DNA of 45,938 nucleotides, the filler included, from a bacterium (GTDB taxonomy: Bacteria > JACRDZ01 > JAQUKH01): assembly GCA_028719205.1 (NCBI GenBank). It is 11 parts of 11 records of this genome, joined end to end, with 100 filler letters (N's around TTAATTAATTAA, not from the genome) between each part and the next. Parts side by side here need not be neighbours in the genome. Positions count along the whole stretch, not along the records: positions 1 to 6,491 come from JAQUKH010000057.1; positions 6,592 to 12,527 come from JAQUKH010000058.1; 9 more parts are not named here. One strand, given 5' to 3'. Below the pieces are notes generated by a model. It was not told where the DNA came from and made no database searches. It worked only from the letters and a program-made list of their open reading frames with translations. Shown in pieces: positions 1-8,668 of this stretch. Within the stretch, counting starts at the first letter, position 1. The number at the start of each line of letters is the position of its first letter. The position numbers and the translations under genes are program-made.

Positions 1-459
1 ATGTATCAACGTGCAGGCAAGGCCTAATTTTTGTTTCATACCGCCGGAAAGCGCGCCGGCAAGGCGTTCTTTGAATGGAGTAAGATTACTGAAACCCAGT
101 AATTTTTCGATCCGTGACGGGCGTTCTCTGGCGGAAACCTCATAGAGGTCGGCGTAAAAATTAATGTTTTCTATTACGGTCAGGTCCTCATAAAGGCCAA
201 ACCGCTGGGACATATAACCTATCTTTTCCTTGATCTTTTCATCTTCATGAATAATTGAATGTCCGGCAACCCAGGCCTCGCCCGAGGTGGGATCCATTAT
301 CGCGGTTAGAAGCCTCATCATCGTTGTTTTGCCCGCGCCGTCAGGGCCGACAAGCCCGAATAATTCACCCTTTTTTATTTCAAGATTCACATTATTAACC
401 GCGATATTTTCGCCAAAAGCTTTTGTAAGATCCTGAGTTTTTATTGCTAAATTGTCCAT
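1..459 (-). CDS. ABC transporter ATP-binding protein (YbhF/ABC-2 type), 3' end outside window
   Basis: Not in the ORF track. My translation from ATG at 459 gives MDNLAIKTQDLTKAFGE...GPDGAGKTT (Walker A)...YMSQRFGLY...LSGGMKQKL (ABC signature). Confidence 0.93.
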   Translation of the reverse strand, partial: MDNLAIKTQDLTKAFGENIAVNNVNLEIKKGELFGLVGPDGAGKTTMMRLLTAIMDPTSGEAWVAGHSIIHEDEKIKEKIGYMSQRFGLYEDLTVIENINFYADLYEVSARERPSRIEKLLGFSNLTPFKERLAGALSGGMKQKLGLACTLIH

Positions 460-462
460 ATT

Positions 463-507
463 AACCGTTCAAACGGTTTAAACGGTTCAAACTGTTTAAA
501 CTGTTTA
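463..507. repeat. Five tandem 9-nt units (AACNGTTYA)
   Basis: aaccgttca aacggttta aacggttca aactgttta aactgttta fills the gap between the HlyD stop and the ABC start. Confidence 0.9.
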
Positions 508-1899
508 TTATTTTAGTATTATTTTAACATCCGCCGGCATACCTGGCTTGATCTCATCTTTCTCATTTTTCACGCTGACCTTAACCCCGAATACGAGCTT
601 GATCCTTTCCTCTTTTGTCTGTATATTTTTCGGAGTAAATTCCGCCTCTGATGAAATATATGTAACCGTACCCTCATATTTTTTCCCCGGATATGAATCT
701 GTGGTAATTTCAGCTTTCTGCCCAAGTTTTATAAGCCCAAGCTTGGTCTCTTTAACATATATTTTTATCACCGGATTTTCAAGGTCCCCGATCGTATAGA
801 TCGGTATCCCCTGCCCTACTGTTTCACCCAGTTCGATATTTTTTTTCAAGACCACCCCCGACATAGGCGCGATTAACACGGTATCCTTTAATCTTTCTTC
901 CATAGTATTTAAGATCGCGCGCGCCTGTTCCACCCGCTGTTCGGAGATCTTTATTTCTTCTTTTCTCGCGCCTTCTTTAACAAGGCTCAATGATTCTTTC
1001 GCCTTTTCATATGACGCCCGTGCCTGTTCCAGCCTCTGTTCCGACCCTCTGAGTTCTTCTTTTGTCGCCCCTTCCCGCGCCATGCTCAATTTTTCTTTTG
1101 AATTTGATAACGCGGCTTTTGCCTGCTCCACGCGCTGTTCTGAAGCAAGTATTTGTTCTTTCCGTGAACCCTCTTTAGCAAGGCTTAATTTCTCCGAAGC
1201 ATTTTTATACTGCGCCAGGCGCGTGTCATAAGCACTTTTAACCGCGTCAAATTGCGACGCTGATACAGCTCCATTTTTAAAAAGGGTATCCGCGCGGTCA
1301 AGATCTTTTTTTGCTTTATCAAGCTCAACCTGCGCCTGCTGGAGATTCGCCTGCGCCTGCTCGATCTCCTGGGGGCGTGAACCTTTTTTCATTTCATCAA
1401 GCCTCGCTTCCGACTCTGATAAAACAGCCTCCTGGGATTTAACATTCTGCTGTAACTGCTCTATTTCCTGGGGCCTTAAACCCTTTCTCAATTCGTCAAG
1501 TTTTGCTTCGGCTTCAAACATCGAGGCTTCAGCTGACTTAACTGAAAGTTCCGCCTGTTTTATCTCCTGAGGCCTCGCGCCTGCCCTGAGTTCCTCAAGC
1601 CTTGCAACAGCCTCATTTAAAGCCGACCTGTTCTGCATAACGATACTTTTTTGTTCGGCATCGTCAATTCTTGCAAGTTTTTCCCCTTTTGTTACTTTCT
1701 GCCCCTCGTCCGCTAAAAGTTCAGCTATACGCCCGGATATTTTAAATCCTATATTTGCTTCAGTTACTTCAACATTTCCCGATGCTATTATTAAATCGCT
1801 ATTCATCCTATCCTGTATGTAATATACTAAATTATAAATAATAACAGCCGCGATAACACCAAATATAATTATTTTCTTTTTATTCATTATTTTCTCCAA
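508..1899 (-). CDS. HlyD/YbhG-family periplasmic adaptor (membrane fusion protein) with extended hairpin; likely start at 1887
   Basis: N-terminal TM, ASGNVEVTE, KISGRI..EGQ.V.KG lipoyl half-motif, long coiled coil, AEFTPKNIQT..ER motif, KPGMPAD C-terminus. Confidence 0.92.
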   Translation of the reverse strand: MEKIMNKKKIIIFGVIAAVIIYNLVYYIQDRMNSDLIIASGNVEVTEANIGFKISGRIAELLADEGQKVTKGEKLARIDDAEQKSIVMQNRSALNEAVARLEELRAGARPQEIKQAELSVKSAEASMFEAEAKLDELRKGLRPQEIEQLQQNVKSQEAVLSESEARLDEMKKGSRPQEIEQAQANLQQAQVELDKAKKDLDRADTLFKNGAVSASQFDAVKSAYDTRLAQYKNASEKLSLAKEGSRKEQILASEQRVEQAKAALSNSKEKLSMAREGATKEELRGSEQRLEQARASYEKAKESLSLVKEGARKEEIKISEQRVEQARAILNTMEERLKDTVLIAPMSGVVLKKNIELGETVGQGIPIYTIGDLENPVIKIYVKETKLGLIKLGQKAEITTDSYPGKKYEGTVTYISSEAEFTPKNIQTKEERIKLVFGVKVSVKNEKDEIKPGMPADVKIILK

Positions 1900-3205
1900 T
1901 TACTTTTTTTAACAGCGCGTCCGCGACCATTCTGTCATAGAGCGCCTGATAATAATCTGTTTCTGCTCTTAAAAGAGCTGCCTGGGCATCTAATACATCC
2001 GTACTTGTCCCTGAGCCTGTATCAAATTTCAACAGCTCAATTTTTAACGCTTCATTTGCTGATTCTATAGCCTTTTCTGTGACATCGATCCTTTCCTTCG
2101 CGGTCGAGATATCACGATAGGCATTTTTTACTTCTCTGATTATATTAAGCCTCATAGCCCTTTCATCTTCATTAATTTTTTCATTTTCAGATCTTTCTTT
2201 TTTTATTTCAGATCCTGTAATTCCCCAATCAAGGATCGGCATTGATAATGTCAGCGCGGCAATCCAATTTTCCTTAAAAACAAGATTATCTCCGGCACTC
2301 TTAATGTATTGTCCTGACAGAAAAAAATCAGGCAATCTTTTGCCTTCTGCTATCTGTATCCTGTCTTTCGCGACAATTTTGCGGTTTATCATGGACTTAT
2401 AATCCGGCCTTAGTGAAAATGCTTTATCGATACTCTCCTCTTTTGAAGAATATTTTTCATTTATTTCAGGGATCTTTTTTTCAATTAAAACAGTTTTGTT
2501 CATATCCGTGACACCCATAAAAGTTTTTAAAATTTCATACGCGCTTTCCAGATTATTTTTTACTATCAGCCTGTTCTCTTTCGCGTGTAAAAGCTCAACC
2601 TCAGTCTTTAAAAGATCGATCTTAGGCACTGTACCTGATTTCAGGTACAATTCTACATTATTTTTGTGCGCTTCAAGCTGTTTTACCGAAGTTTCAGATG
2701 CTTCAAAAAGCTTCTCCATCTGTATTATTTTATAATATATGCCGGTTAAGTTATATATCAATTCATTACGGTTGATATTAAAATTATTCTCTGAAATCAG
2801 TTTTTTTACACGCGCGGCTTCAATTCCTTTTGATAAACGGCCTCCTCTGTATAAAGGGATTTTAAGCGTAACGCCAGCGTTATAAATATCATTGTCTACC
2901 ACGGGGTTGATCGGCCCTGAAGTAAACACTATCGGTGTGACAGGTGTTTTATATTCATATTTAGTATATCCGCCTGTAAAATCAATTCTCGGCATCCTTT
3001 CAGCCTCAGCTGATCTTACGCTGTAATTTTCAATTTCAATGTCTTTTTGCCCTGATATTATCCCGGGATTATTTTTTAACGCGAAATCTATGACATCCTT
3101 CAGGCTGTAAACCTTTTCATTCATGGATGCGTCATCCGCAAGAGAAATATTTATAATGAAGAATACTGCGATAATTATTAAATTTATAAAAATCTTTTTT
3201 TTCAT
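1880..3205 (-). CDS. TolC-family outer membrane efflux protein
   Basis: Signal peptide, SLKDVIDFALKNNP, two OEP-like repeats, G.GT..DVLDAQ motif; operonic with HlyD and ABC genes. Confidence 0.92.
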   Translation of the reverse strand: MKKKIFINLIIIAVFFIINISLADDASMNEKVYSLKDVIDFALKNNPGIISGQKDIEIENYSVRSAEAERMPRIDFTGGYTKYEYKTPVTPIVFTSGPINPVVDNDIYNAGVTLKIPLYRGGRLSKGIEAARVKKLISENNFNINRNELIYNLTGIYYKIIQMEKLFEASETSVKQLEAHKNNVELYLKSGTVPKIDLLKTEVELLHAKENRLIVKNNLESAYEILKTFMGVTDMNKTVLIEKKIPEINEKYSSKEESIDKAFSLRPDYKSMINRKIVAKDRIQIAEGKRLPDFFLSGQYIKSAGDNLVFKENWIAALTLSMPILDWGITGSEIKKERSENEKINEDERAMRLNIIREVKNAYRDISTAKERIDVTEKAIESANEALKIELLKFDTGSGTSTDVLDAQAALLRAETDYYQALYDRMVADALLKKVIGENNE

Positions 3206-3243
3206 ATTTCCTTCTATTAATTAATCGTCATGAACAGCCGTAT

Positions 3244-3299
3244 AAAATGACTATGCGGTCATTTTTTAATATATTACCATTTCACTGTTTTTCCGTCAA
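3244..3299 (-). promoter_or_regulatory. Sigma70-type promoter of the efflux operon with a downstream palindromic operator
   Basis: Minus strand TTGACG (3299-3294), 17 nt, TG-G-TAATAT (-10 at 3276-3271). Inverted repeat AAAATGAC-N6-GTCATTTT at 3244-3265. Confidence 0.7.
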
Positions 3300-3348
3300 G
3301 TATTATTATTCTATCTCTATAGAATAATTTTAAAGATACTCGCCAGTT

Positions 3349-3381
3349 AAAAAGGCGGGCTAATTAAACGCCCGCCTTTTT
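3349..3381 (-). terminator. Intrinsic terminator (bidirectional geometry)
   Basis: AAAAAGGCGGGC-9 nt-GCCCGCCTTTTT just downstream of the 862-aa gene. Confidence 0.85.
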
Positions 3382-3405
3382 GTTTCCTTAAAGATCATTT
3401 TTACA

Positions 3406-5994
3406 TTACTTGTGGACTATAATCCCGCCTCCGCCGATCTCTGTTGTTGAATCATCGTCGTTGATACCCGCCCCGCGTCCATTATCATAAATTACGTTCT
3501 CACCTCCGCCATTTTCATCCCAGATCCTTATCCTGAACCTGTCAACGGTAAAACTGTCATTATCGTTAACATTCGCGTCAATTGCCGTGAGTATAAATTT
3601 ATGCTGCCCGCTGCCATTGATAGTCCCGACACCTTTATACTGGGCTTTCGCGCCTGCTACAACAAGCCATTCATAGGTATTTGAATGGAAAGCCAGATTA
3701 CCTGTTTTAAACTGGAATTGTGTCTGGCCATCCGGTACATTTGCACCCTTTCTATATTTAGAATTGAAACCAAATGTCGCTTTGCCAGTCATTGCCAAAT
3801 CAGCCATATATGCCCCTGCAGGTGAGTTGATCCATCCGCTGCCTGAAACAAAACCGCCGCTTGGATCATATACAACTATATATTCATATATTTTTGAATT
3901 ACTTCCGCAATAACTCTCAGAAACTGTCAAATTAATGATGTAAATGCCCGGTTGAGCATAAGTATGGCTATCCTGAACGATTCTTGTGCCCACAGGCAAT
4001 ACTCTGGTAGTCGTTGAGCCATCATTCCAATCCCAGATTACTGTGTGTATATCGTTAACATTTGGATCTGTAAATACGCCGGTTACTGTAATTGATGTCC
4101 CAATCTGGACGGGATCTGCCGGTGCGGCTATACTGACAATTGACGGAGTAACACTGTCCTCTCCGTTACAATCATTGTCAATCCCGTCATTACAGATTTC
4201 AGCTGCTCCCGGATGAGTAGCCGGGTTCATATCATCACAATCGCCGCCGGGGAGAACTGCAAGCGTGTATCCTGCCGGCTGGTTACACTGAATCAGTATG
4301 CCGCCGTCAGTATATCCGTCATTATCCAGATCCTTATGCCAGACTGTCGCTGGATTTATGGCTGGATTGTTATCATCGCAATCTCCAAACGGAAGAGCTT
4401 CAAATTTATATCCTAATGGCTGGGCACACTGGATCAATATTCCCCCGTCAGTATACCCGTCATTATCCAGATCCTTATGCCAAACTGTTAATGGATTCAG
4501 ATTTGGATCGGTATCATAACAATCTGTTGAGTCCAATACATAGCCTGATGGAGGTGAACATGCTTGAATACTGTTAGTAACATCGCCATAACCATCCCCA
4601 TCCAGATCCCGATAATAGGTAGTTAATACTCCTTCATCAATTAATCCGTCACAATCGTTATCCTTTCCATCGCAGAGCTCAGGTGCTCCAGGATAAATCG
4701 TGGAATCATTATCGTTGCAGTCTACCGCGGTCCCGCATCCCTCCTGGGCAAAAAAACCATCTTTATCATTATCAATACATTGACTGGCTAATTCATCAGA
4801 TCCGATATCGTAAGCAGTTCCAAATGGCCGGATATCACCATCTATATCATTATTTGGAAGATAAGGATATAAGTTTTTATCATCAGTTCCCATATTAATA
4901 CAAGGTGAAGCGGAAGTTAAATGATAATCCCCGTTGCCGGCAAATAATGGGTCATCATTTATATTATTACTGCTTGCTAACAAAGGAACTTTAACATAAT
5001 TCATATTAAAATCTGAATAGGAGAATGTTTTAATAGAGGAAGAAAATGAGCCATATTTTTCAATCTCACTGGGGCCGGCATATGTTGAATCGCCCCAGAG
5101 TATAGTGTTAACAATTTCCGTGTTGCCTGAATTAGTTAAAGAAATCCCGCCTCCGGCACCCGCTATATTATAAGTATTATTGTTCGCGATCGTACAATTC
5201 GTAATTTTTCCAGAACTTGAAAAACAATCTATAGCGCCTCCATATTTATCAGCGGTATTTTCTACAATCGTACAATTAATAATTTTAGGAAATGGTTCAA
5301 CTGAAGGGCCGGACTCCAATATAATTCCTCCGCCTCCTCCTCCGTTTGCCACCGCCTGATTTTTTGTTATAAGGCAATTAACAATTGCCGGCCTGGAATT
5401 ATAATAGACTTCTATTCCGCCGCCGCCGGCCATTGCCGTGTTATAACTGATTGTACAATTTGATATTGTAGATGTATCAGTATAGCTTGAAATACCGCCG
5501 CCATAATAACTTGTGTTACCGGTAATAATACAATTATCAATTTTGACGTTCGATCTATATAAATAAACACCGCCCCCGTCACTCATCGCAATTCCGTTTT
5601 TGATCGTAAAACCGGATACAACAGTACTGCTGTCACTTATACTGCTGCAATAAATTATTTGTTTATATGCTCCTGCCGCATCCAAAATAGTGTTACCTGA
5701 ACCGGCACCTTTTATGGAAACACTGTTTTTTATCCTTAAAGGAAATGTTTCTCCCAGGGTTATATTGTATGTTCCTGGAGCTACATTAATTGTATTTGGC
5801 GAATTTGCCGCGATCATGCTCAAGGCTTTCGTAACAGTTTTCCATGGATTAGCTTGTGAACCATTACCAATGGTATTGTCACCGTTAACCGCATCTACAT
5901 AGTAATCAGCAGCAAAGGTTTTGAATGTAGATGAAGCTAAAATTAAAAACATCACTGCCAATAATATGAATATTGTATTTTTACAAATCTTCAT
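3406..5994 (-). CDS. Secreted multidomain protein: DUF1565/right-handed beta-helix, MopE-type putative metal-binding repeats, PKD domain, C-terminal beta domain
   Basis: Signal peptide, YYVDA..G....GS...PWKT, repeated GGG.. beta-helix motifs, DYHL...SPCI..G and DIGSDE, repeated DCxDxxxxxxPGAxExCxDGxDNDCxG, WDWNDG...H.Y..PG.Y. Confidence 0.8.
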   Translation of the reverse strand: MKICKNTIFILLAVMFLILASSTFKTFAADYYVDAVNGDNTIGNGSQANPWKTVTKALSMIAANSPNTINVAPGTYNITLGETFPLRIKNSVSIKGAGSGNTILDAAGAYKQIIYCSSISDSSTVVSGFTIKNGIAMSDGGGVYLYRSNVKIDNCIITGNTSYYGGGISSYTDTSTISNCTISYNTAMAGGGGIEVYYNSRPAIVNCLITKNQAVANGGGGGGIILESGPSVEPFPKIINCTIVENTADKYGGAIDCFSSSGKITNCTIANNNTYNIAGAGGGISLTNSGNTEIVNTILWGDSTYAGPSEIEKYGSFSSSIKTFSYSDFNMNYVKVPLLASSNNINDDPLFAGNGDYHLTSASPCINMGTDDKNLYPYLPNNDIDGDIRPFGTAYDIGSDELASQCIDNDKDGFFAQEGCGTAVDCNDNDSTIYPGAPELCDGKDNDCDGLIDEGVLTTYYRDLDGDGYGDVTNSIQACSPPSGYVLDSTDCYDTDPNLNPLTVWHKDLDNDGYTDGGILIQCAQPLGYKFEALPFGDCDDNNPAINPATVWHKDLDNDGYTDGGILIQCNQPAGYTLAVLPGGDCDDMNPATHPGAAEICNDGIDNDCNGEDSVTPSIVSIAAPADPVQIGTSITVTGVFTDPNVNDIHTVIWDWNDGSTTTRVLPVGTRIVQDSHTYAQPGIYIINLTVSESYCGSNSKIYEYIVVYDPSGGFVSGSGWINSPAGAYMADLAMTGKATFGFNSKYRKGANVPDGQTQFQFKTGNLAFHSNTYEWLVVAGAKAQYKGVGTINGSGQHKFILTAIDANVNDNDSFTVDRFRIRIWDENGGGENVIYDNGRGAGINDDDSTTEIGGGGIIVHK

Positions 5995-6028
5995 AATAAT
6001 CCCCCCTATAATATTTTATAGTTTAATA

Positions 6029-6491
6029 TTAATTTGTTTGCCCATCAGGATTAATAACTTTTATTGACCAAGTGCCAAGTACTACTCCGTTAAGGTTGAA
6101 ATCACAAACTATCTTAGCAGGTGATTCAACCATAACTGATGTGGCATCTATGTCGGGTTGTCCTTCACGGATTATTTTCACAACAGGATTTTCCAGAAAA
6201 TTATTACCCGTTAATTCAATTTTAATAAGCCCCATATTATCAGCCAGATCAGGTTTAGATGTGTTCAATATCGGAGCCGGCAGCACTGTCAACGTAAATC
6301 CGGCATTCAAAGTTGTACTTTGAGCATCCGGATTTGTAACCACTACGTCATAAACCCCCGGTTGTGTTTCTACAGCATTAAACCTGCCGCTTATTTTTGT
6401 AGCTGACTCTACCACTGCTAAAACTATAATATCCGGCTGGCCTTCTTTTTTCAGGGTTACAACCGCGCCTTCCTCAAAACCCGATCCGGAC
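6029..6491 (-). CDS. IPT/TIG-like Ig-fold repeat protein, 5'-truncated at contig edge
   Basis: Frame is open back to the contig end (SGSGFEEGAVVTLKKEGQPD...). Two repeats end in YDVVVTNPD and WSIKVINPDG. Confidence 0.7.
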
Positions 6492-6591
6492 NNNNNNNNN
6501 NNNNNNNNNNNNNNNNNNNNNNNNNNNNNNNNNNNTTAATTAATTAANNNNNNNNNNNNNNNNNNNNNNNNNNNNNNNNNNNNNNNNNNNN
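6492..6591. other. Artificial contig linker
   Basis: 44 N + TTAATTAATTAA (stops in all six frames) + 44 N. Confidence 0.99.
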
Positions 6592-7678
6592 CCTCGTCAA
6601 TTTATTTGGCATAACTTCCGGATTCGGGTACAATTTGTATTTTCCGTTTTTTATCATCTTTTTATCATTTTTCGTTACTTTCAACAATAAAGACTCAATA
6701 ACCGTCAAGTTATTCAAGCTAGGGGCATTATCCATACCCGCTGTTTTTTCATTCATCTATGCAACAAAGGGGAGGATTGACTTAATTGACTTCTTCAGTA
6801 AATACAAGGCTCCCTATTTAACATATCTAAGCCAATATCTGGGATTAGGGGCTTGGGCTTGTTTATCCATGATTTTTAGCGCGGTAATAAAAGTAATTTC
6901 CTGGCAACTTTTTAATGTGAAGGATGTATTTGTAAATTCCTTATCTTTTCCGGCAGGTATTCCTTTCCTGTTCCTGACAGTTGTATTTTTGGTATATTCG
7001 GTTTATTTGATTTTTGCCTTTACAAAAGCTAACCAGAACATTGTTGAGCGAAGTATCCTGTCGGTATTTATATACTCAATCTCAGTATGTGTTATATTGT
7101 CATTAAAAGGATTGGCGCCTTTAACTCCAACTCGCCATAATCTTTTTCTCAGCCCCGCTTTATTCGCCGGATTTTTTATCTGCGCAAAACACGCATACGA
7201 TTTTTTAAAAATTAAGTATAAAAAAATAAATGAAGAGCATTTTATAATTTTCCTGTTGATTTTATCGGTTATGCCTAGCCTTGCCAGAGATTATCAGACC
7301 GCAAATTCTCCGGAGATAAGGGAGTTACTTGTAAAAATTCAAAGCACGGTTAAAAATGGCGAACGGGTTTGTGTCTCTATGAAGAAAAATGACCTCCCGG
7401 TTTTTAGATACGAGTATTATTATTCAAATATCCCATGGATAAAACATTTAAAAGAGGAAGATATCTCGGAAGATTTCTCTTTTAGGGCAGGCAACGATAA
7501 ATATGATTATCAGTGGTATATCCTTTCTCATGTAAAATTGAGCGAGAAAGAAGCGTTGAAAAAATTAAAATATACGGAATCAAATTCAAGAAATGGGTCT
7601 AATTTTATTGTTGATTTGGAGTATTCTTTGCCGCCAAAAATATCCGGTTTCAGGGCTTTAAGATCCGGTTTAAGTTAA
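6592..7678 (+). CDS. Polytopic membrane protein, possibly GT-C/ArnT-like glycosyltransferase, 5'-truncated
   Basis: Frame open from the contig edge, many TM segments, R-H-x-LF after a TM, soluble C-terminal tail; glycan-locus context. Confidence 0.5.
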
Positions 7679-7700
7679 ACAACAGGAGAAGTCGCCAGGC

Positions 7701-8648
7701 ATGTTATGTATAAATAAGTGTTTGGATATAGGAGAAAGACACGCCGCAGATATCCGGTACGTGACTATGGATATAGCCCGTTTGATATTAAAGTCCCGGG
7801 GTCTTTTATCTTGCGATCTTCATCGCAGGTGGTTTGAATATAGTTATGCCGTTATCTACAGCCAATTAAGCAAAGGCTTGGATGTTTTGGATGTGGGCAG
7901 CCAGAATTCAGCCTTGCCGTATTATATTAATGAAATATACCGGTGCAAGGTTACCTCCATAGACCTATACAGGCTTAAAGAGCGCTGCGGAATAAATGAA
8001 TTTTTAGGATTAAGCGTTTGCAATGAGATAGGAGATGTTACCGGGCTTAGATACGCCGATAATACGTTCGACCGCATTTTTTGTGTTAGCACTATAGAAC
8101 ACATTAAAGATGATACAGCGGCTATGCTGGAAATGAAGCGCGTTTTAAGGCCGGGAGGGATGCTGATATTAACAACCGATTTTGGCCCGGAGTATATTCG
8201 GTATCCTTACGGGTTAAATGGAACGGTTTACGGGGTTTACAAGGCCAGGCGCTATGATGAAAAGAGATTATTTGAGAGAATCATTTATCCTTCAGGGATG
8301 GAAATAATCGGAGAGGTTAATTATAAAAATGTAGATTTAACAAGGAAAGAGAATTTGTTTGTATTCGGTAAATACACATTTGCAACTTTATTTTTAGCAA
8401 AAAGCGAAACGGTAATTCCGGTAAATAGCTCCGGGGGTTTTGTTCCTAAGGTTCAATACGATAGGCAAAGGGACCTTGTAAGGCTGAAAGAAGAATACCC
8501 GGCATATCTGGAGCAGGCGGTAGAAAAATACGAATCCATGCTGCATAATTTTTTCCCGCCGGAAGTTTGGAAATTGTACAATATAGCAGTTATTATTTAT
8601 AAGAAAATAGCCGATTTTCTATTTAAATTTACAAAGTCGGGAAAGTAA
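7701..8648 (+). CDS. Class I SAM-dependent methyltransferase
   Basis: VLDVGS, GDVTGLRYADNTFDRIFCVSTIEHI, RVLRPGG motifs. Confidence 0.88.
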   Translation: MLCINKCLDIGERHAADIRYVTMDIARLILKSRGLLSCDLHRRWFEYSYAVIYSQLSKGLDVLDVGSQNSALPYYINEIYRCKVTSIDLYRLKERCGINEFLGLSVCNEIGDVTGLRYADNTFDRIFCVSTIEHIKDDTAAMLEMKRVLRPGGMLILTTDFGPEYIRYPYGLNGTVYGVYKARRYDEKRLFERIIYPSGMEIIGEVNYKNVDLTRKENLFVFGKYTFATLFLAKSETVIPVNSSGGFVPKVQYDRQRDLVRLKEEYPAYLEQAVEKYESMLHNFFPPEVWKLYNIAVIIYKKIADFLFKFTKSGK

Positions 8649-8668
8649 ACGGTAAAAATTACCTCGCT

